DNA of 64,000 nucleotides from Macrostomum lignano (lineage: Eukaryota): contig NIVC01002790.1 of NCBI GenBank assembly GCA_002269645.1, positions 62,001 to 126,000 on the forward strand, read 5' to 3'. Below are positions 49,321 to 64,000 of this stretch, piece by piece. Under the pieces are notes generated by a model. It did no database searches, was not told the DNA's origin, and saw nothing but the letters and a program-made list of their open reading frames with translations. The position numbers and the translations under genes were made by a program. Position 1 is the first letter of the stretch. Each line of letters opens with the position of its first letter.

Positions 49321-49431
49321 AGTATTGATGGTGGCTTCAAAAAAGAACGTGAATGTATATTTTTTCCACTATCCGCCTGTCGCCTGATTTTATATACATG
49401 CTAAAAAATACAAAATAGTTGTCGAATAGAA

Positions 49432-56024
<6,593 letters not shown>

Positions 56025-57031
56025 GACTTGAAATTCCATGCAGGAGAGAGAGAGACAAAGTTAAAGGGAATGATAAAAAAATGATTGTTTTGAAACTTTT
56101 TTAGCATTGTCGTGTTTTGAATATACTGTATAATTTTTAGTTTATAACATCAGAAGTTAGTGACCTAATATTATTGAGTGCTTTATATTCACTTTGATTG
56201 AGATCTGTAGTAATAGCAAGCAAAAATCAAGACCGCTTAAAATGTTTGTTACGTCAATAAACGTCAATTAATCTTTTAAAGATAGAAAACGACTGCTTTA
56301 TTTTGATTTTTAAACTTCCTTTGATCTTTGAAAAGACAGTTATGGACCAATATACAATACAATGTGCATGGTGTCTAATGTAATTGCCGATTATGTTTGC
56401 TTACATTCTGTGAATTAAACATTTAAGTGTTCACAAATATAACAAACGTTAATAACTATTATATTCTTGTGTCATTATTTAACAGGTCTATAGATTACTT
56501 ACTTATGAGATTATCAAGAGCAAATTACTGTCCAGTATAGTGGGAATAGTATGGAGGAAAAAAGCATAGACACATGGACTTTCAAGACATTACTAGTTTT
56601 CCGGGATACTTCATTCCGTAATGTTAAATCGTCCGCAAAAAGTCGAATAATTTATCCGCACGTTAAAAAAATTCCCACGAGTCCGAAATGGCCAAAACTG
56701 CGTATTGGTCAGCAATTACTCGTAAATCTTCTGCTCAGTAAAATGACACTGAGTAGTTTTATTGTTAAAAAAACACAGCAAAACCCTGTGGACGGCTATG
56801 CCAAATAGTCTATGCCCAAAACCGCCACAACGCACATAAAAGTGTAATCATTAAACCGTCTGAACCAGACATCTTCAACGCTCACGACACATTTATAGCG
56901 CGCCTACGTGTAAGCTAAATTTTCGATTTAAGCCCACAAATACGAATACGAAATTACGTCGCGTTGATGGGCTAGAGGCACAATTCAATCAGACTTTTCT
57001 GCCTTCAGACGTGCGGATTTACCGACTAAAA

Positions 57032-60000
57032 ATGGTAAGTTGTTTTTACTAATAAAGAGTCTTTAATGCTTTAATTAATGGCTGATTGGAGCCAAAGAGT
57101 AGAGAACTCTGCAAAATATTTAACCTATCAAATGGCACTACCAAGCCGAAAAGTCACAACCTTGTCACAGTCTTAGATTAGCAACCCATACACTGGCCTG
57201 CGAGACCAAAGATCTCCTGCAAGAACAGGACTTGGCCAAAAGTGCCATGTGATGTGAGGGTAGAAATAGAAGTTCCCTTCCTGTTTAAGTGCAGTTGGAA
57301 CTTTTACAGCACTGCCTGGTGATGAATTTGAACCCGAAATATCGGATAAAGTTGCTGAATTTTAAGAACCTTACTGCAGAGGATAGAGTAATGACTCAAT
57401 AAGATGGAGACATAATGAAAATTTTAGACAAATTCATCAAGGACACGACACAAGCCAGAACGCAACGGCCCTGAGGGCGTAGTTGACAAATATTTTTATT
57501 CGCTAGCTTTATCTATTTTTTCTACTATTTTCTAACATGAATTAGTTCACCTCAAATATGTAACAATCAGAATAAATTAATAATGATTTGCATGCACAAC
57601 CGCGACTGCCACAACAGGCGATCGGCACTTTGGAGCAGACAAACCAGCTGCTGATGCTGATGCTGCATATGAAACGTTGGAAGTTCATCTGGTTCATCAT
57701 TGTGTTCCTATCCGCAATCTCTAATCACATGCTGTTCCCAATCATCGACGGCTGGATGGGCACCCTTGGCCAAGTTTACACGTCGATTGACACAAAACGA
57801 TTCGTGGAATCAAATCTTATACTGGCTGAAACTTATAAGTATGAACGACAGCTGGAAAGCTTAAAAAGCATTCTCGATTCGGAAAATGTTAGGGACAGCG
57901 GTTCTTTGATTGAGACCTGCTCCAGTCCGAAGGCCTGCAAAGCCAGGATGTTCAGCGTTATGTTTGGCCGTGTGGACACCAGTAAGTTCTCCAACTTTGT
58001 CACTTACAATTACAGCAATCGGCCGCGCGTCGAATGCCAGATGTCGTACGGTGGCGACCTTAATTGTCCCTACCTGGGAAACCTGGCCGTGATGTCCAGC
58101 TACCCAAACAAGTGGAAGAACTATATGTACAAGGAGATCCACTTCTTTAGCCTGACAAGCCGGAAAGAGGGCAAGAAAACTGACTCGGTGCGGGGCAATA
58201 CGACAAAATGCGCTAAGCACGAAAACTTTGAGACAGTATTCTCGCGCACCGTTATGATGCAATGCGTCATAATTATTGGCTCAATGTCGTTCTACTTTCT
58301 GGTGTCAACGCAGTCGTGCATCGCTCAACTAAAGCGGGACGGCTTTCTGCAGCTCATGATGCAGAAGGGTTTGTCAGTTTCAGCCTATTGGCTAGTTATA
58401 AGCGCAATGACCGCAATAGAAATCGTTTCATTCTCAATAATATTCGTCACTTCATTAGCCGTTCAATGTCCGGGCTTTTTCAATCCCGTTCACATGCTGC
58501 TAGTGTTTTTGATGTCTTTGTTCTACATGGTGGCGCTCACCTCCGTTGGCCTACTGCTCACAGTCACATTCGGCAACTACTACTACGTGGGACTGATGAC
58601 TGTGCTGATTGCTATTATCTCGATGGTGCTAGTACTAGTCAACCGAATGGCAATCAGTACTATCGTAGTATTGAAGATCATATTACTATTCATATTTCCT
58701 CTGGGTCACTTCGCAGAATTCGTGCAAGGCATTCTGCTATCCGAGATTCGAATGGAATCAATCAGCATTTACAATATTAGCATTCTGGTTGTCACCCTGC
58801 TATCAGCGGTGGTCCTAGTACTAAGCACGCTGGTGTTGGACTACGTGAGCGGGTCCGGGAACGGGTTCCGTCTACCTGCTCAATTCTTCATCCGAAGAGA
58901 GTTTTGGACGGCCCAGCCAGCTAGTAAAGAGCTCGGACCGGAGAAGGACGATCCACTGTACGGCGAGGAGCCTCCGGAGTACGCAAATATCGAACCAGTT
59001 ACTGATGGACTGCGACCGTTAGTACGAATGAGCCACCTTAGCAAAGCGTTTCAAGCCAGAAAGGCATGCGGCAAGTCGGAGACTTTCTACGCTGTCAAGG
59101 ATATGTCAGGTGAGGCGCAGCAATCTTTATTTTGATTGACTCGCGACAAAAAACGTAATCAAGGACGAGCATTTTAACAACTGAAATTTTCTGTATCAAG
59201 TAACAAACCAACATAAAACCTCCACCTGCAGCTATGGTTTATGAGAACCACATCACCGCCATCATTGGTCACAACGGCGCCGGCAAGACTACACTGCTCA
59301 ATCTGCTGACGGGAGCCGACACGCCGACTACTGGTCACGCGTCAATCTGCGGCATCGTTGGAACGAATCCGTTAAAACGCCTTCGACTCAGAGGCCATCT
59401 AGGCATCTGTCCGCAGATCATGAACTTTGCATCGAGCATCACGGTTGAACAGACGTTACAGCTGTTAGTTATCAGTTGCGGCCTGCAATGGAACGAGTGC
59501 CAGGAGGAGCTCACCAGGATGTTAAAAGTGGCCCGGCTAGATAATAAGCGGCACTATCGGACTGGCCGGTTGAGTGCCGGGCAGCAGCGCAAACTAGCCG
59601 TCATCATGGCGCTGATGGGCAACCCGCGTGTCCTGTTCTTGGACGAGCCAACTAGCGGACTCGATCCGGAGTCGCGTCGACGAATGTGGCGCCTATTGCA
59701 AGAGTACAGACACGGCCGAGCCATACTGATCAGCACGCAGTTCATGGACGAGGCGGACACGTTGGCGGATAGGAAGATTTTCATATCTAGCGGTGCACTA
59801 CTCTGTGCAGGTTCGTCCTTGTTTTTAAAGAGCGCATTCGACTGCGGCTTCGTGTTTGAAGTGACGCTGAAGAATGAAAAGCACTCGAAATTAGTTAAAA
59901 AGCAAATCCTGGAAGAGTTCAAAATGGTCAAGGTTAAGAAAAGTTTTGGCGTAAATCTGAACTTTCAACTGCCAGCCAGGGATATCAACTTTTTGCCGGC

Positions 60001-62790
60001 CCTGGCCCAAGCATTCGAAAAACGAATGACGCTTGTCTCAGCGTTTGGGCTGTTGCAGGCCTCTCTCTATGATATTTTTATGAAATTAAAAGATCTCGAC
60101 CCTGAAGCTGTCCAAGAGATGTTCAGCGAAGACAAAGAAAACGCCGAAGGATTTGAGGACGAACAGGAAGAGACCTTTTCAGAAGCCAGTACGGATAGAA
60201 ACACAAAGCTGAGTTGCATTGTCACCAGAGAGCACGCACCGCTGGCTCCATCGCTGCTGCGCCAGCTAAAGGCAATGATAATTGTCAATGTGATGCGACT
60301 GGTAAGAACTCGGATGCGCCTAGCCTGCCGGGTGATTGTGCCTGCCATACTACTGATAGTGCTGATAATCACAGCCGCAATCGAACGGTCTAACAATAAT
60401 CATCGCATCCATCTGCGCAATAACATGACTAATGAAGGCGAAATAATCAAGCACGGCGTCTGCGTCTTTGAAAAGGTAGAAGGCAAGCCGCGTATGCTAT
60501 GGGAGGTTGATAAGAGGCGTTGCAGTTGGTTGTACGCTGGTAAGACTGCGCCCATGGAGATAGCTAAAAACTACCTGGCTTTACAGAAGCCGAAAGAAGT
60601 TGAGCTGCAAAATTTTCTGCGAGAGAAATCCAATATTGAGAAAATCCAAAAGGTGTGCAAATCCCGCAAGCCGGATGCGGAACCGTGTCCGATAACTTAC
60701 ACCATAGATTGGGGTGACAACACGCCCAATTCCGAGCGAGTTATCTATTATGGGACGTATGATATTTATGAAAATTTTAACTCGTCAAAATCGGCGTCCT
60801 TAACGATTGGAACATATATGAGGGCCACGTCTTACTTTACAACAGTAGCGCGTTCCGATGAACCTCCTGACGATAAAAAGTTTTTATTTTCTGCTGAGAG
60901 CGTCTACGACTTTCGCACCACCTTTGTACCGGCATTTGGAGCCTTCTTCCAGATACTGATCATGTCGCTGATACCAGCCACTTTCCTCGACGACATCATT
61001 GAAGACAAGGAGACTCAAGTTCGCTATCAGCTTTCTACAATAGGCATGAGCAACTTCAGCTACTGGCTCACTAACTTTATCATTCATTGGGTTCAGTACG
61101 CCACTGTGTACTCTTTGAGCACACTATTGCTGCTATCCATCGTGCAAACTGGCTATTCTAGTTCATTCTTCATGACTGGCGTATTCTTGCCTATACTGCT
61201 GCTAGGCTTGCCAAGCAATCAGCTCATGACTTACGTGCTTAGCACTATTCTAGACAGGGCCAATCATCTTGTGACCATAATGTATTTATTCACCTCAATA
61301 TTACTGGCATTTATTGTGCTACTCGTGCAACTCAACAATGTGGCATCAATAATACTCATTTCTGTTCTGCCGCCATTCGCTCCAATAGCCCTGACTTTCT
61401 ACGGCGTGAAGACAATATTCTATTCTCTGTCATACTACAATAAAGACAGCATCTCAGACATCACCGAACTAAAGGGCAGCTTGTTTTTCTCGCAGCCACA
61501 CGTGGTAGCAGCGTTCATAGCAATTATCCTTCACTTTGCTGTGCTGCTAACAGCGCTGGCTATCATTGAGAACAAGATAATTCTACTTCAACTGTTGGAG
61601 GCTCGGTTGCAGGTAAGGGTTGTGTGGAGGAAAACCACTTAGTAATGCTTATTGTTGAATCTACAGAATTTTCAAAAATATAGCAGAAGTATAAATTACA
61701 ACTAATAACAAGTCTAAATTCTTTCTAATCTGTTAGAACCATTAATCAGCCACATTTAACGATATAAAAATGGAAGATTCCAAAAGTGACATTTGATTTC
61801 GCGATAGGCCAGGGCCTATATAGGCCAGGGACATGTTTCTGAGTTCTTCACTAATGTCAACTGACCTTAACAGCCTCACCTGTGGAGACACAGGAGACAG
61901 TTCTAATTATATGTAACTATCATTGGACATGCAACCATTTTGTTCGCATAAGAGATTCACTTTATGTTATTTAATTCAGTAGGCCTTCTACTAATCCACC
62001 AACAGATTAAATGCACCTCTGAACTGCCAGTCGGGACATTCGACAACCTTACTGAGGATCCCGGAGTCAAAGAGGAAACAGAACGAATCGACGCGAATCC
62101 AAACAGCGAGATGAACCTCCTGGAGGTGAGCCACCTGGCCAAGACTTATCCAAACGGTACCAAAGTGGTTCGCGATATCAGCTTCGCCACCGGACCGGCG
62201 GAAATCTTTGGCATTTTGGGACCAAACGGTGCCGGCAAGACAACGGCACTGAGTACCATTGTTGGTCGGTTAAATGCAACCAGAGGTCGGTGCGAAGTGC
62301 GCCGGCAGGACGAATGGCTGCCGAGCGGACTGGCCACTAGTCGAGGCGCAATCGGCTACTGTCCGCAATCCGATCCCTTGTACGGCTGCATCACGGCGAT
62401 GGAGCATCTGAAATTCTACGCCAATATCATCGGCGTGCCAGATAGCAAATTGGATTCTCTCATTGAAGAACTAGCCGACAGTCTGGACCTGAATCTCGAC
62501 AGAGAGAGTTTAGCCGAGCATCTGTCTGTCGGCATTCGTCGACGCTTGTCGTTGGCTATCTCGCTACTCAGCGAGCCCTCTGTGCTAGTCATTGACGAAG
62601 CCACGACAGGCGTCGATCCGGAGGGTAAAAGATTTCTTTGGCAGGCGATTCGGGCTGCGGCGACTCTCACCTGCACGGTGCTTGTCACTACGCACAGCAT
62701 GGAAGAGGTCGAAGCGATCTGCAACCGGGTTACTATCATCAATCGAGGCTTGCTGGTTGGTTTGGGCACCGTGCAACAGCTAAAGAGTTT
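57032..62790 (+). CDS. ABCA-family full transporter (ABCA5/6/8/9/10-like); 3' end not identified in the window
   Basis: Proposed exons 57032-57034 (ATG only), 57618-59109, 59232-61612 and 62006-62790, phase-consistent GT-AG (~1550 aa). NBD1: GHNGAGKTT, LSAGQQRKL, LDEPTSGLDP, ISTQFMDEADTLADR. NBD2: GPNGAGKTT, LSVGIRRRL, IDEATTGVDP, TTHSMEE. Two TMDs with large extracellular loops; EDPGVKEETERI linker motif. Confidence 0.88.
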
Positions 62791-62820
62791 GTAAGTATTC
62801 GCTTCTATCAGTTTTAGCCT

Positions 62821-63142
62821 AGGAGATTGTAGCCTAGTGTTCAAGAGTGTCGGACTCACGACTGAAAAGTCGGGGGTTCGATTGTCGACCCACTCTGAAC
62901 AATTTGTGTCCTTGAGCAAGACTTAACTCTGCATTGCTTCAGTTCACCCAGCTGTAAAATGGGTGCCAGCATTAGCTGGGGTAATTGAGGGTGTGTGTGG
63001 CGACCCCCCAGTCCTTGGACTGAACAGCCGTACGCAGCCTTCAGATGCGCCGAGCAATAGCTGCGGCTGAGCTGTCGGTTACACATCTGGCCCAATTTGG
63101 GCAGGTGTAATCAATTATTATTTCTTATTATATTATTATTAT
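62821..63142 (+). mobile_element. tRNA-derived SINE, copy 2, in the ABCA intron
   Basis: A-box-like TAGCCTAGTGTTCAAGAG, B-box GGTTCGATT, CORE/V-like centre and (ATT)n tail. Same family as 47300-47611. Confidence 0.8.
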
Positions 63143-63311
63143 AAGCTTTTAAAAAGACCAGTAAATGATACTTAGTGTTGTCTGGGGAAGAGAAGAAGTC
63201 GCTCGCCTTGGAATCGTTGCGCAAATCGCGCCCATGAAGAAAGTCTGAGCCGCTGTACCGGTACACCCTGTGTGAGCGTACCTACGATATAAGACTATAA
63301 GACCAGATCTA

Positions 63312-64000
63312 CGAGGGGTGCGCAAAAAGTCTTGGCAACTGGCTCATAACTTTTTAAATAAACGTTTAAACGTAACCATTTTTTAATCTCATAAATATGA
63401 CCATATTTTGCGTTTGTTCATAAATTTTCAGCTCATTGCATTGATTTTTTCGCTTCCTAGAGCATTTTGATTAACGTACAGTCTCGTTTTCAGCCTTCAA
63501 ATGGAAAATATCACTGCTGATCAGTGGAGATTTTATGTTTTCATGCGATCGCAGCTCGGAGAAAACGCCACCAAAATTCATGCCGAGCTAGTCCAAGTTG
63601 TAGCAGATCAAGCCCCTTCGTACCGCACCGTGGCCCGTTGGATTGAGCTGGTCAGTGCTGGTCGACGCTCCATGACCGACAGCCCTCGTTCTGGGAGGCC
63701 AATGACATCCGTGACCGAGCAGAACATTGTTGCTGTGCGACAGCTGGTGGACGAAGATCGCAATATCACTGTTGCACTACTTAGCCAGACAATCGGCATT
63801 TCTGATGGCAGTGTCCGAACCATCTTGCATGACCATCTTGGCCTCCGCAAGGTCACGGCCCGTTGGGTACCTCATGCACTGACAGCAGAGCAGAAGCAGG
63901 AGAGGGTTCGATGCAGCCAAGAATTTCTGCGATGCTTCGGCGAAGGTGGCACTAAACGACTTACTGATGTCGTGACTGGTGATGAGAAGTGGTTCTACTA
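63312..64000 (+). mobile_element. Mariner transposon, left end and 5' half of the transposase (truncated by the window edge)
   Basis: TA (63310-63311) then CGAGGGGTGCGCAAAAAGT. ORF from ATG 63501 is open to the edge (166 codons) with PSYRTVARW, PRSGRP, ILHDHLGLRKVTARWVPHAL and VTGDEKW. Confidence 0.9.

Noticed and set aside
57861-62919. Alternate-frame and antisense ORFs within the ABCA gene (e.g. 58262-58780, 62416-62919)
   Set aside because: They overlap a well-supported coding frame and have no recognisable motifs.

Overview
Repeat-rich genomic DNA from an invertebrate animal (spliceosomal GT-AG introns; no operons, CRISPR arrays, rRNA or true tRNA genes seen). Five host genes were reconstructed by hand. 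(1) A sex-peptide/MIP-receptor-like GPCR (+, 12695-28487), whose second coding exon is interrupted by a 3035-bp DNA transposon. (2) A nine-finger C2H2 zinc-finger gene (-). (3) Casein kinase 1 delta/epsilon (-), with a candidate alternative last exon. (4) CFAP52/WDR16 (+, 9 exons), with an upstream RFX X-box. (5) An ABCA5-like full ABC transporter (+), whose 3' end was not found in the window. The most notable element is the transposon at 24759-27793. It has CACAGTG termini identical to the V(D)J RSS heptamer, ~170-bp imperfect TIRs, a 4-bp TSD and a Chapaev-type transposase with RAG1/Transib-like motifs. A single TAG at an expected Trp codon cuts off the catalytic Glu. Also present are a probable 2.1-kb solo LTR, a deleted mariner relic, the 5' part of a mariner with an open frame, two SINE copies, two MITE-like elements and about 25 tandem arrays, two pairs of which are mutually inverted. 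Most long ORFs in the supplied track are repeat artefacts. All family assignments come from motif recognition, not database searches.
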